Source: an uncultured Chloroflexia bacterium
GTDB taxonomy: Bacteria > Chloroflexota > Limnocylindria > QHBO01
Direction of reading: 5' to 3'
NCBI GenBank assembly: GCA_963716585.1
Contig: CAVQTN010000002.1
Coordinates: 389,730 to 453,729 of the forward strand
DNA: 64,000 nt
A program made the position numbers and the translations under genes. Below, piece after piece: positions 41,141-50,421 of this stretch; the first letter of the stretch is position 1, and each line of letters begins with the position of its first letter. The notes below the pieces were generated by a model. It did no database searches. It saw only the letters and a list, made by a program, of their open reading frames with translations, and was not told the origin of the DNA.

Positions 41141-43162
41141 TCATGCGGCCAGGTCGTAGACGGTCACCCTGCCGATCGTCGTCGCGCTGAAGCGATCCGC
41201 GACCCACTGGCTGATCTGGGAGGCGACGTCCGATCCACCCCGCGCCCCGCGGAAGCCGCCGGCGTCGACTCCGGCGACGTAGTAGTGGATCGCGCCCGCG
41301 GCGACGTATGCCTGGAACTCGGCCAGCGTCGGCGAGGGGTCGGTGCCGTTGAAGCCGCCGATGGCCATCACCGACCGGCCGCTGCCGAGGGCCAGGCCAG
41401 CGGCGTTGTTGGCGCCGGTCGTGGCCGCTGCCCAGCGGTAGTTCGACGCATCCTGCTGCAGGGCCGCGACGAGTGCGGCACTCGGCGTCGCCGAGTCGAG
41501 CAGACCGCCGAGCGACGCGCCTCGATTGGCCGTGCCGTTGGACCCGCCGCCGAACGCTGGGAATGGCCGACTGTTGCCCGGGCGCTGGAACAGCTGGCCA
41601 CGCGGCCCGCGGAACGCGTTGCCGGGAGCGCCGGGGCCAAAGCGGCCGAAGCCGTCGACATTCTCGACCTGCGGCTCGGTGGTGGGGATGGCACCGCTGT
41701 GCGCCTCGGCGGCGGTGGCGATGGCGCCGAGGGAAGGGGCGGCCATCACGACCGCGACCGAGACAGCGAGCACCAGCTGCTGGATCCTCCGTCCGGCGCT
41801 CCGGCTGAACAGCAGCCCCATGGCGGCCACTCCGCCGCCGAAGAGCAGCACGGGCGCCAGCCACGGAAACCAGTCAGGGCTGCGGGCCAGCAGCGTCACC
41901 GCCCAGATGACGGTGAGGGCGACGCCAGCGGCGAGGCTGGCGCGAGCCACGGGATGACGTCGCCGAGCCCAGGCGGCGGCCACGCCCATGCCCACCAACG
42001 CACCGATGGCGGGCACCAGCACGACCGTGTAGTAGGGGTGGAAGATGCCCTTCATCAGGCTGAAGACGAGCCCGGTGAGCACCAGCCAGCCGCCCCACAG
42101 CAGCGCCTGGGCGCGCACCGCGTCGGTTCGCCGGCGACGGCGCGTCAGCCACAGCAGCGCCACGAACGAGACCAGCGCCGCCGGCAGCAGCCAGCTGACG
42201 TTGCTGCCCAGCTCACCACCGAACAGGCGCAGCCAGCCCGCGCCGTCGCTGAACGGGCCGCCGCCGAACCCGCCGAACGTAGGTGCTCCCCCGCCGACTC
42301 GACCGACCTCGTCGCCGGTCAGCCGCCCGAGGCCGTTGTAGCCGAGCATCAGGTCGATGATGTTGTTCGTCTGCGTCCCGCCGATGAACGGACGCGTGCT
42401 CGCGGGCAGCAGCATCACCACGGCGACCCACCAGCCGGCCGAAACCAGGACGGCCAGCGCGGCCGCTCCGACCTGGCGCACCCGCCGCCACCAGCTCGTG
42501 GGTGCGGCGAGCAGGTAGACGCCGCTCAGCACCGGGATGATCACGAATCCCTGCAGCATCTTGGTCAGGAACGCGAAGCCGACGGCCACGCCGGCGAGCA
42601 CCAGCCAGCGCGTCGAGGCCGTTTCGAGGGCCCGCAGCGTGCCGTACGCCGACGCAACCAGCAGCAGCGTCAGCAGCGCGTCCGGGTTGTTGAATCGGAA
42701 CATGAGCGCAGCGACGGGGGTCAGCGCCAATGCGGCGCCGGCGATCAGCCCGCCCAACGCTCCGCCACGGCGACGAACGCTCAGGTACAGCAGCCAGACC
42801 GCTGCGACGCCCTCGAGGGCCTGCGGGGCCAGGATGCTCCACGAGCTGAAGCCGAAGATGCGGGCGCTGAGTGACATGACCCACACGGCCGCCGGCGTCT
42901 TGTCGACGGTGATCGCGTTTCCGGCGTCGAAGGAGCCGAACAGCATGGCTGCCCAGTCCTTCGAGCCCGCCAGCGCCGCCGCCGAGTAGTACGCGTTGGC
43001 CCAGCCCGATGCGGACAGGTTCCACACGAAGAGCGCTGCGCTTCCCAGCAGGAGAAGCACGAGGGCGGGAAGCTCCCACCCAAGGGAGCGTCCCGCGACG
43101 CGTGTGTTGGCCGGTTGTGCGATTCGAACGCCGGCGTCACCGGCCAGGACGTCGGAGCTCAT
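41141..43162 (-). CDS. glycosyltransferase family 39 (PMT/ArnT-like) polytopic membrane protein
   Basis: 673 aa. The N-terminal signature typical of bacterial GT39 proteins is present (WNLSASGWANAYYSAAALAGSKDWAAMLFGSFDAGNAITVDKTPAAVWVM). The protein has many TM helices and a Gly-rich periplasmic region. Confidence 0.75.
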   Translation of the reverse strand: MSSDVLAGDAGVRIAQPANTRVAGRSLGWELPALVLLLLGSAALFVWNLSASGWANAYYSAAALAGSKDWAAMLFGSFDAGNAITVDKTPAAVWVMSLSARIFGFSSWSILAPQALEGVAAVWLLYLSVRRRGGALGGLIAGAALALTPVAALMFRFNNPDALLTLLLVASAYGTLRALETASTRWLVLAGVAVGFAFLTKMLQGFVIIPVLSGVYLLAAPTSWWRRVRQVGAAALAVLVSAGWWVAVVMLLPASTRPFIGGTQTNNIIDLMLGYNGLGRLTGDEVGRVGGGAPTFGGFGGGPFSDGAGWLRLFGGELGSNVSWLLPAALVSFVALLWLTRRRRRTDAVRAQALLWGGWLVLTGLVFSLMKGIFHPYYTVVLVPAIGALVGMGVAAAWARRRHPVARASLAAGVALTVIWAVTLLARSPDWFPWLAPVLLFGGGVAAMGLLFSRSAGRRIQQLVLAVSVAVVMAAPSLGAIATAAEAHSGAIPTTEPQVENVDGFGRFGPGAPGNAFRGPRGQLFQRPGNSRPFPAFGGGSNGTANRGASLGGLLDSATPSAALVAALQQDASNYRWAAATTGANNAAGLALGSGRSVMAIGGFNGTDPSPTLAEFQAYVAAGAIHYYVAGVDAGGFRGARGGSDVASQISQWVADRFSATTIGRVTVYDLAA

Positions 43163-43167
43163 CAGCG

Positions 43168-44367
43168 TCAGCGGTTGGCGGGCAGCGTGCCCAGCGTGAC
43201 CGAGAGCTGCCGGGTCTGGCCGCCGCGCACGATCGTCAGCGCAAGCTTCTCGCCCGGGGCATGCGGCAGGATGAGGGTCGACAGGTCGTGGGTGGCATCC
43301 ACCTTCGTGCCGTCGACCGTGACGATCACATCGCCGTCGCGCAGCCCGGCTGCCTCGGCGGGGCCACCGGCCACGACGGCGGATCCCGCGCCGGAGCCCG
43401 ACGGGGCATGGATCAGTGCGCCGTTGTCAACCGACAGACCCTGGTCCTTCGCCAGCTGCCGCGTGACCGGCTGGTAGTAGACGCCGATCCATGGGCGCGA
43501 CAGCTGCTGGCCGGCGAGCGCCTGCTCCACCAGTGGCCTGGCGACGTCGATCGGAATGGCGAAGCCGATCCCCTGCGCGCTGCCGGCAACCGCGGTATTG
43601 ATCCCGATGACCTCGCCCGAGCTGCTGAGCAACGGGCCGCCGGAGTTGCCGGGGTTGATTGCCGCATCGGTCTGGATGAGATTGTTCAGCTGTTCGCCGG
43701 AGAGATCGGTCACGCCGCCGGCCTGGATCTGGCGGCCCAGCCCCGAGACCACACCGGTGGTGACCGTGTTCTCGAACGTGCCCAGCGGGTCGCCGATGGC
43801 GATCGCCATCTGCCCGATCTGCAGGTCGCTGCTCGAGCCGAGCTGCACCGTCGGCAGGCCGGTGGCACCGATCTTGACGATGGCAAGGTCGGTGAGCGGG
43901 TCGGTGCCGTAGACCGTGGCGTCGAAGGTGCGGCTGTCCGCCAGCCGGACCTGCAGCGCGGTGGCCCCCTGGACGACGTGCTTGTTGGTCAGGATCCAGC
44001 CGTGGCTGTCGACGATCATGCCCGAGCCGACACCGGTGCCCGTGCCGCGCGAGCTGTTGACCGTCGAGGTGATGACCACCACCGCCGGTGACGTCTTTTG
44101 CACGGCCGCCGTGACCGCGCTGGTTTCGTCGATGCGCACGTTGCTGACGACAGAGCCACCGGCAAGTGTTCCGCTCGAAGCGCCGCTCGACAACGGCGAG
44201 AGCAGATTGACCGCCGCGACGGCTCCCAGGCTGCCAGAGAGGAGCCCGGCGACGAGCGCGGCAACGATGAAAGGGCCCCATCCGGCCGGCCCGCCGCGAC
44301 GAGTGGCGGGTGCGGCGGCAACGATCGGCCCGGGAGCAGCTGCGCGATCGGAAGTCTGGTTGATCAT
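43168..44367 (-). CDS. htrA: HtrA/DegP-family serine protease with a PDZ domain (PepD-like)
   Basis: An N-terminal TM anchor is followed by a trypsin-like domain (GSGMIVDSHGWILTNKHVV, TDAAINPGNSGGPL) and a C-terminal PDZ domain (VDNGALIHAP...GDVIVTVDG). Confidence 0.85.
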   Translation of the reverse strand: MINQTSDRAAAPGPIVAAAPATRRGGPAGWGPFIVAALVAGLLSGSLGAVAAVNLLSPLSSGASSGTLAGGSVVSNVRIDETSAVTAAVQKTSPAVVVITSTVNSSRGTGTGVGSGMIVDSHGWILTNKHVVQGATALQVRLADSRTFDATVYGTDPLTDLAIVKIGATGLPTVQLGSSSDLQIGQMAIAIGDPLGTFENTVTTGVVSGLGRQIQAGGVTDLSGEQLNNLIQTDAAINPGNSGGPLLSSSGEVIGINTAVAGSAQGIGFAIPIDVARPLVEQALAGQQLSRPWIGVYYQPVTRQLAKDQGLSVDNGALIHAPSGSGAGSAVVAGGPAEAAGLRDGDVIVTVDGTKVDATHDLSTLILPHAPGEKLALTIVRGGQTRQLSVTLGTLPANR

Positions 44368-44456
44368 GAGCTCAGCATCGCCGCCGAGTCTGAGGGGATT
44401 CTGAGAATGCCTGCATGCGCCGGGTCAAACCTGAGTAAAGAAATGGCTGCTCGGCG

Positions 44457-45785
44457 TCAGGCCGGCGCAAGGGGCAGACGAATCTCGAAATGGGCCCCGC
44501 CACCCACACGGTTGGAGGCAACGATCGAGCCTTCATGCTGCTCGGCGATCCAGCGCGCGATCGACAACCCGAGCCCGGTCCCCTGGTGCGGCGCATCGGG
44601 GGCACGCCAGAAGCGGTCGAAGACGCGTGCCAGGTTCTCGCTGCCGATGCCCGGCCCGTCGTCGTCGACCGAGGCAACCACCTGGCGCCCCTCGGGCCGC
44701 ACTGCGACGCTGACCTGCGAGCCCGCAGGGCTGTGCTGGATGGCATTGTCGACGATGATCCCCAGCAGCTGCCGAAGCCGATCGGGGTCGCCATTGACCG
44801 GCGACGGTGAGGCATCGAGGCGAAGCGCCACATCGAGGACCTCCGCGCGGTGGCCCAGGCTGCGCAGCGCCTCGCCGGCGGCATCGGTCAGGTCGACCGG
44901 CTGACGCGTGAGCTGCAGCACGCCGGAGTCGGCGCGTGCCAGCAGGAGCAGGTCCTCGACGAGGCTGGTCAGGTGATCCGCCTCGGCTTCCACGTCGTCG
45001 AGCGCCGTGCCGACCTGCGCGACCGGCTGCTGCGGGTGGCGGCGCAGGTCCTCCACGCTGCTCTTGATGACCGCGATGGGCGTGCGCAGCTCATGGCTGG
45101 CATCGGCCGCGAACTCGCGCTGCCGTTCCAGCGACTCGCGAATCGGGACCAGGGCCCGCCCGGCGTACAGGAAGCCGAAGACGACCGATGCGGCGAGCAC
45201 CGCCAGGCCGCCGATCACCAGGACCAGCAGGGCGGTGTCGAGCACGCGCTGCTCGTTGGTGCGGTCCTGCAGGATCTGCACGACCCAGGTCTGGTCGCCG
45301 ATCTGCATCGGCTCGCTCAGCACGCGCACCGGCGTGGAGGCCACGCTGGCAAAGCGCACGTCGGTCGCACCGCGACGCGCGGCGTCGAGCGACGAGCCGA
45401 CCGGCAGGTCACCGGACAGGTCCGGCGGCAGCCTGCCGACGACCTCGTTCCCGGGAGCCACCAGGATGCTCATCGTGCCGGCCGCCGGGCCGCCGAACTG
45501 CGGCGTGCCCAGGTGCTGATCATCATTGAGCTGGCCGCCCAGAACGGCCGGCAGCGCCTGGTCGCCGAAACGCTGGATGAGCTGCTGGGTGTTGGTCGCC
45601 TGCTGGCGCAGCCGTGACTCGCTGGCGCCGGACAGGGCCGCGTTCAGGCTGGCGTACAGCGCGATGCCGAGCACGATCAAGGTCGCCAGGGTGGCGCCCG
45701 CGCTCCATGCGGCGAGCCGCCATCGGACACGACCGAGCAGCGGAGCATCGAGCCCCAGCCCCACGCGGCGGCGTTCGGTCGTCAT
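44457..45785 (-). CDS. membrane sensor histidine kinase (MprB/CpxA-like)
   Basis: There are two TM segments flanking a periplasmic loop, then HAMP, HisKA (FAADASHELRTPIAVIKSS) and HATPase_c (DNAIQHSPAGSQVSV...DDGPGI...GLGLSIARWI). It sits immediately upstream of the htrA-like gene. Confidence 0.8.
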   Translation of the reverse strand: MTTERRRVGLGLDAPLLGRVRWRLAAWSAGATLATLIVLGIALYASLNAALSGASESRLRQQATNTQQLIQRFGDQALPAVLGGQLNDDQHLGTPQFGGPAAGTMSILVAPGNEVVGRLPPDLSGDLPVGSSLDAARRGATDVRFASVASTPVRVLSEPMQIGDQTWVVQILQDRTNEQRVLDTALLVLVIGGLAVLAASVVFGFLYAGRALVPIRESLERQREFAADASHELRTPIAVIKSSVEDLRRHPQQPVAQVGTALDDVEAEADHLTSLVEDLLLLARADSGVLQLTRQPVDLTDAAGEALRSLGHRAEVLDVALRLDASPSPVNGDPDRLRQLLGIIVDNAIQHSPAGSQVSVAVRPEGRQVVASVDDDGPGIGSENLARVFDRFWRAPDAPHQGTGLGLSIARWIAEQHEGSIVASNRVGGGAHFEIRLPLAPA

Positions 45786-45801
45786 GCGGCTGCCATGCGC
45801 G

Positions 45802-46476
45802 TCACGCCTCCGCCATGCGATAGCCGACGCCGCGCACCGTGAGGATGCGCGTCGAGGCGCCGTCGCCGAGCTTGTCGCGCAGGTAGTGGACGTAGGTGTC
45901 GACGCTGTTCTCGGTCAGGAAGTCGCCATACGGCCAGGCGTGGTCGAGCAGCTGCTGACGCGTGAGCACTTGTCCGGGGTGGCGCAGGAAGCACTCGAGC
46001 AGTGAGAACTCCCGCGGGCTGAGCTCCACCGAGCGGTCGCCGACCTTGACCGAGCGCCGGACCTCGTCGAGCGCGATCGGGCCGTTGCGCAGAACCACGC
46101 CGCGCCGAGTCCCCCCGTCGCGCGCGCGACGGTCGAGCGCCCGCAGTCGTGCCGCGAGCTCCTCGTAGCTGAAGGGCTTGACGAGGTAATCGTCTGCGCC
46201 GGAGTCCAGGCCGCGCACGCGGTCGCCAACCGCGTCGCGCGCCGTCAGCATCAGGATCGGCGTGCGGTTGCCGTCGTCGCGCAGGCGGCGCGCAACCTCC
46301 AGGCCGCTGATGTCCGGCAGGCCGATGTCAAGGATCACGCCGTCCAAGCCGGCCATGCCGGCGACGTCGAGCGCCTCGTTCCCCGTGGCCGTCAGCTCGA
46401 CAAGGTGGCGGTCGCCTTCCAGCAGACGCTTGAGCAGGCGGCCGAGCCGCGCGTCATCCTCGACGACGAGCAGGTG
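45802..46476 (-). CDS. OmpR-family response regulator (MprA/CpxR-like)
   Basis: The start is MHLLVVEDDARLGRLL. The receiver is followed by a winged helix (SPREFSLLECFLRHPGQVLTRQQLL...GVGYRM). The track ORF extends spuriously to 46944. Confidence 0.8.
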   Translation of the reverse strand, partial: HLLVVEDDARLGRLLKRLLEGDRHLVELTATGNEALDVAGMAGLDGVILDIGLPDISGLEVARRLRDDGNRTPILMLTARDAVGDRVRGLDSGADDYLVKPFSYEELAARLRALDRRARDGGTRRGVVLRNGPIALDEVRRSVKVGDRSVELSPREFSLLECFLRHPGQVLTRQQLLDHAWPYGDFLTENSVDTYVHYLRDKLGDGASTRILTVRGVGYRMAEA

Positions 46477-46630
46477 CATGAGGCTGGGTGTGCTGGTCCA
46501 TGCGCAGAGCCTACGCCGTGGTTCTGAGAGTCCGCTGAGAACAGTGGACGGTCCGCGACGAGACCTTGCAGTAGGCGCCGCGACGACGGGTCGTATGCTG
46601 TAGCGGGCGCAGCGCCAAAGAGGTGATGAC

Positions 46631-47233
46631 GTGATTTCGCGTGGCTTCATGGGACGTCGCCGCGATTCCGATTCGGGGCGACGCCTGCCGCCCGGACAGT
46701 ACGACGTCGGCGACGCCTTCCCGGTCCTCTCCGCGGGGCCGACGCCGCGCACGCCGCTTGATCGGTGGGACTTCACGATCGAGCTGGCTGGCCAGCCTGC
46801 TGCCCGCTGGACCTGGGACGAGCTGCAGGAGCTGCCCCACGAGGAGCTGACGGTCGACATCCACTGTGTCACCAAGTGGTCCAAGTTCGCGACCCACTGG
46901 AGCGGGGTGTCGATCGACGCCCTGCTGGAGGGACTCCCTCCCACTGGTGCCTATCTCGTCGCCTTCTGCGACGGCGGCTATACCACCAACCTGCCGCTGG
47001 CGGATGCCACCGGCGGCAAGGCGTGGGTCGCGGATCGATACGACGGCCAGCCGCTGGCCCCCGAGCACGGCGGTCCGGCGCGGTTGCTGGTACCGCACCT
47101 CTACTTCTGGAAATCGGCGAAGTGGGTCCGAGGCCTGCGCCTGCTTGACCACGACGAGCCGGGGTTCTGGGAGACGCTCGGCTACCACAATCGCGGAGAC
47201 CCATGGCTGGAGCAGCGCTACAGCGGCGACTGA
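46631..47233 (+). CDS. sulfite-oxidase-family molybdopterin-binding oxidoreductase (short form)
   Basis: The Oxidored_molyb fold is present (HCVTKWSKFATHWSGVSIDALL...GGYTTNLPLADA...DGQPLAPEHGGPARLLVPHLYFWKSAKWVRGL). Confidence 0.7.
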   Translation: MISRGFMGRRRDSDSGRRLPPGQYDVGDAFPVLSAGPTPRTPLDRWDFTIELAGQPAARWTWDELQELPHEELTVDIHCVTKWSKFATHWSGVSIDALLEGLPPTGAYLVAFCDGGYTTNLPLADATGGKAWVADRYDGQPLAPEHGGPARLLVPHLYFWKSAKWVRGLRLLDHDEPGFWETLGYHNRGDPWLEQRYSGD

Positions 47234-47262
47234 CCTGGCAGGCCGCCCAGGTCACCCGGCAT

Positions 47263-47940
47263 ATGCAGGAGACGCCGCGGGTGTGGCGCATCTCCATGGC
47301 ACCGCCCGACCTGGCCGCGCACCTGGCCGGTCAGCACGTCGACATCCGGCTCACGGCGCCAGACGGCTACCAGGCCCAGCGCAGCTACTCGATCGCGTCG
47401 GCCCCCGAACAGTCCGGCCTCGAGCTTGTCGTGGAGCGGCTGGATGACGGCGAGGTCTCTCGGTACCTGACCGATGAGCTGCGCGAGGGCGACGTGATCG
47501 AGCTTCGCGGCCCGATCGGCGGCTACTTCGTCTGGCACGCCGGCCTCGGCGGCCCGCTGCAGCTGATCGCCGCCGGTTCCGGCGTCGCGCCCTTCCTGGC
47601 CATGCTCGACCATTGGCAGGCCTCCGGCTCGGAGGCACGCGTCCAGCTGCTCTACTCGTCCCGCACCCGTGACGAGGTCATCGCCCACGACCGCCTGGTG
47701 GAGCACCGCCGCGCCGGTATCGGCATCGCGATCACGCTCACGCGTGAGCAACCACCGGGCTGGGACGGCCTGAACGGTCGCGTGGATCGCCGCATGCTGG
47801 AGCAAGCAACCATTCCCGCGGAGGATCGGCCGCAGCTCTTCATCTGCGGGCCGACCGCCTTCGTCGAGGGCGTCGCCGACATGGCGGTCGCCCTCGGCCA
47901 CGACCCGAACCTGGTCAAGACCGAACGCTTCGGAGGATGA
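47263..47940 (+). CDS. ferredoxin-NADP reductase-like FAD/NAD(P)-binding oxidoreductase
   Basis: The FAD-binding motif is RSYSIAS and the NAD-binding motif is LIAAGSGVAPFLAML. The start was chosen at MQETPRVWRIS. The track start at 47203 would overlap the previous gene. Confidence 0.65.
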   Translation: MQETPRVWRISMAPPDLAAHLAGQHVDIRLTAPDGYQAQRSYSIASAPEQSGLELVVERLDDGEVSRYLTDELREGDVIELRGPIGGYFVWHAGLGGPLQLIAAGSGVAPFLAMLDHWQASGSEARVQLLYSSRTRDEVIAHDRLVEHRRAGIGIAITLTREQPPGWDGLNGRVDRRMLEQATIPAEDRPQLFICGPTAFVEGVADMAVALGHDPNLVKTERFGG

Positions 47941-48233
47941 GCACCATGGATTCCATCGCCAGCCATCGCCTGGATGGCAACGCCGCCGCGGGCCGGCTGA
48001 CCGACGTGTTCGCGGTCGAGATCACCACCATTCGCGCCGTGTGCGCCGGCTGTGGGCGGAGCGGGCAGTTGGGCGAATACATCGTCTACGCCGATGCGCC
48101 CGGCACGGTGATCCGCTGCCCGTCATGCGAGGCCGTCGTCATCCGGCTGGCGCAGGTCGGCGACAGCACCTGGCTCGACATGCGCGGCGCCCGGGCGCTG
48201 CGCATCCCCCTCGGCGGGACGGACCGGAGCTAG
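47937..48233 (+). CDS. small zinc-ribbon protein (CxxC...CxxC) of unknown function
   Basis: 98 aa. The start overlaps the FNR-like gene stop (ATGA). The cysteine pairs are CAGCG and CPSCE. Confidence 0.5.
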   Translation: MSTMDSIASHRLDGNAAAGRLTDVFAVEITTIRAVCAGCGRSGQLGEYIVYADAPGTVIRCPSCEAVVIRLAQVGDSTWLDMRGARALRIPLGGTDRS

Positions 48234-48286
48234 CCGCCGCTCCGTAGCGTGGGCTGGCCGCGCGAGGCCGCGACCAGCCGCGTCGC

Positions 48287-48883
48287 TCAGTCCTCGTCGA
48301 TGATCGGCATGTCGACGAGGTGCGCCGAGACGAACCACATCTGCATCTCGTTGGTGCGCAGCACGTCGCCCATCAGCAGGTCGTTGCTGCCCGAGTCGCC
48401 GTTCTCGTCGGTCACGTCGATGGCCTTCCTGGTCTCGCCGATGATGATCTTGTGCCCCTCGACCAGCCGCGACAGCATGGCCGGCACCTCTTCGGCGCCG
48501 TTTGGCGGCCGCACGATGTTCGTCAGCTCGGCGACGTGGCGCGGATCGGATACGGCGATGCCGCCCAGCATCTGCACGCGCTCCGCCAGGCCGTCGAGCA
48601 GCACCAACTGCTCTGCGGCGTGCTTGTCGAAGAGCAGGTGCAGCTGGTAGAAGGTCGGCCCCGACACCAACCAGTGGTGCTTCTTGTAGAGGCTGTACAG
48701 GATGGTGCTGTCGGCCAGGATCTCGTTCAGCAGCTTGCAGCTCTGCCGCCGCGACGCATCGTCCAGGCCGAGCGGCAGCTTGCGCAGGCTGCCGAAGCGT
48801 TGCACCTCGTGACCGCCGTGCGCCAGCTTGGGATTCGCCTCGTCCGAGGCGGCCACGGGCCGCCTGGTGGTTGTTGCCATCAT
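48287..48883 (-). CDS. dps: Dps-family DNA-protection / ferritin-like protein
   Basis: 198 aa (KLLNEILADSTILYSLYKKHHWLVSGPTFYQLHLLFDKHAAEQ...ERVQMLGG). The ferroxidase-site His and Asp/Glu pattern is present. Confidence 0.85.
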   Translation of the reverse strand: MMATTTRRPVAASDEANPKLAHGGHEVQRFGSLRKLPLGLDDASRRQSCKLLNEILADSTILYSLYKKHHWLVSGPTFYQLHLLFDKHAAEQLVLLDGLAERVQMLGGIAVSDPRHVAELTNIVRPPNGAEEVPAMLSRLVEGHKIIIGETRKAIDVTDENGDSGSNDLLMGDVLRTNEMQMWFVSAHLVDMPIIDED

Positions 48884-49338
48884 TGGTTCCTCTCGCTACT
48901 CGGTCGGGAGCGACGCTCCCCAGTCAAGCTTGTGACGGAGCACGATGCGGGCCAAGCCGCGACGGCCAAGGAGAGCCAGGCCGATCAGTTTCCGTCGCGC
49001 GGGCCGACGTCGGCGAGGCCGCCCTTACGACCACGATCGTCGGGAGTCGGTTGGCGCGGCAGACGGTCCCGGGTCGTGTTGTCGTGCGCGTCCCGCTCGG
49101 CCTGGTCGCTGATCCATCGCCGATCGCGTCGCAGTCGACGCCATAGCCATTTCATCACGCTCACCTCCGGGGCCCGCCCCGCGCAGTGCATACCACGCTG
49201 ATCGCCGCGGCGAGCGCCGCCACGCCCGTCATACCGAACACCACGATACTCGAACCCAGTCCGTCTCGCGGTGCGTTCCCCAGGACCAGAGTGGAGGCCC
49301 CGCTGCCACAGCAGCACAGGGGCAGCCGGGCCCGTGGG

Positions 49339-50421
49339 TCAGGGTCCTGGCACGTCGGTTGGAAGATTCTCAGTCGGGATCTTGGCAGCGGATCGTCGAG
49401 CCAGGAGCTCGCGCCCCTCGATGAGCCCGCCGGGTCGCAGGGCCAGGATCACAATCAAGGCGATCGCGAGGCAGACCTCCGTGAGCCCAACCACCTGGAA
49501 TGGCAGGAACTGGGCGATGTTGATCGTGTTCTCAACCCTTCGCAGGCCCTCGAACGCGAGGGTCACGATCCCGGTGCCGATGACGGCGCCCGACACGGTC
49601 GCCGGGCCTCCGACGATGAGCATCGTCAGGACGACGAACGTCTCCGTCAGGTAGAAGGCGCTCGATGAGAAGGACGTGATGAAGTGCGCCCAGAGAGCAC
49701 CGCCGAAGGCGACGATGAATGCCGACATCACGAATGCGGCCCAGCGCGTCCGCACGATGTCGATGCCTATGGTCGCGGCCGCGTAGGGGCTATCTCGCGA
49801 GGCGCGGAGCTTGAGCCCGAGCGTCGAATCCCTGAACAGGTATACGACCACGAGCACCATGAGCCCGGCGCTTGCGGCGGTCACCAGGTCCGTGTAGGGA
49901 AGCAGCCCGAACAAGGTCCTGGGCCCGTTGGTCACGTCGCTCCAATGGGCGAGGATGACGTGCACGATAACCAGCAGCGCGAAGGTCGCGATGACCGCCG
50001 CCGCGTCCGACAGCCGCATCAGCGGATAGCCAACCACCGCCGCAAACAGCGCTGCGACGCCCCCCGCGATGAGGCATGCCGGCAGGAATGGCAGCTGGAT
50101 GTGCACCAGCGGGGCGTACAGGGTCGGCAGAGCGAGTGCCTTGGCATCGGGGCTCATTGTCAGAATCGCGGAGGCATAGGCCCCGATGCCCATGAACCCG
50201 ATGTGACCGAACGACAGGACTCCGGAATTCCCGACGAACAGCTGGAGGCCCAGGACGAGAACCAGGCTGATGAAAGCGTCCGTCGCGATCCGCAGGACCA
50301 GGGGATCGCCAAGCAGCGACGCGGCACCGGCGACTGCGATCAGGATGGCCATGAGGACGACGAGGGGACGGTATCGGCCCACCAGGCTGCCAAGATCACG
50401 CACGGAAGCGAGGCGCATCAT
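49339..50421 (-). CDS. branched-chain-amino-acid-type (Liv/Urt family) ABC transporter permease
   Basis: 360 aa, polytopic (LSFGHIGFMGIGAYASAIL). Confidence 0.8.
   Translation of the reverse strand: MMRLASVRDLGSLVGRYRPLVVLMAILIAVAGAASLLGDPLVLRIATDAFISLVLVLGLQLFVGNSGVLSFGHIGFMGIGAYASAILTMSPDAKALALPTLYAPLVHIQLPFLPACLIAGGVAALFAAVVGYPLMRLSDAAAVIATFALLVIVHVILAHWSDVTNGPRTLFGLLPYTDLVTAASAGLMVLVVVYLFRDSTLGLKLRASRDSPYAAATIGIDIVRTRWAAFVMSAFIVAFGGALWAHFITSFSSSAFYLTETFVVLTMLIVGGPATVSGAVIGTGIVTLAFEGLRRVENTINIAQFLPFQVVGLTEVCLAIALIVILALRPGGLIEGRELLARRSAAKIPTENLPTDVPGP

Noticed and set aside
40601-42874. 757-aa plus-strand ORF
   Set aside because: It is a low-complexity Arg/Gly/Pro-rich translation antisense to the GT39 membrane protein gene, with no domain-like sequence.
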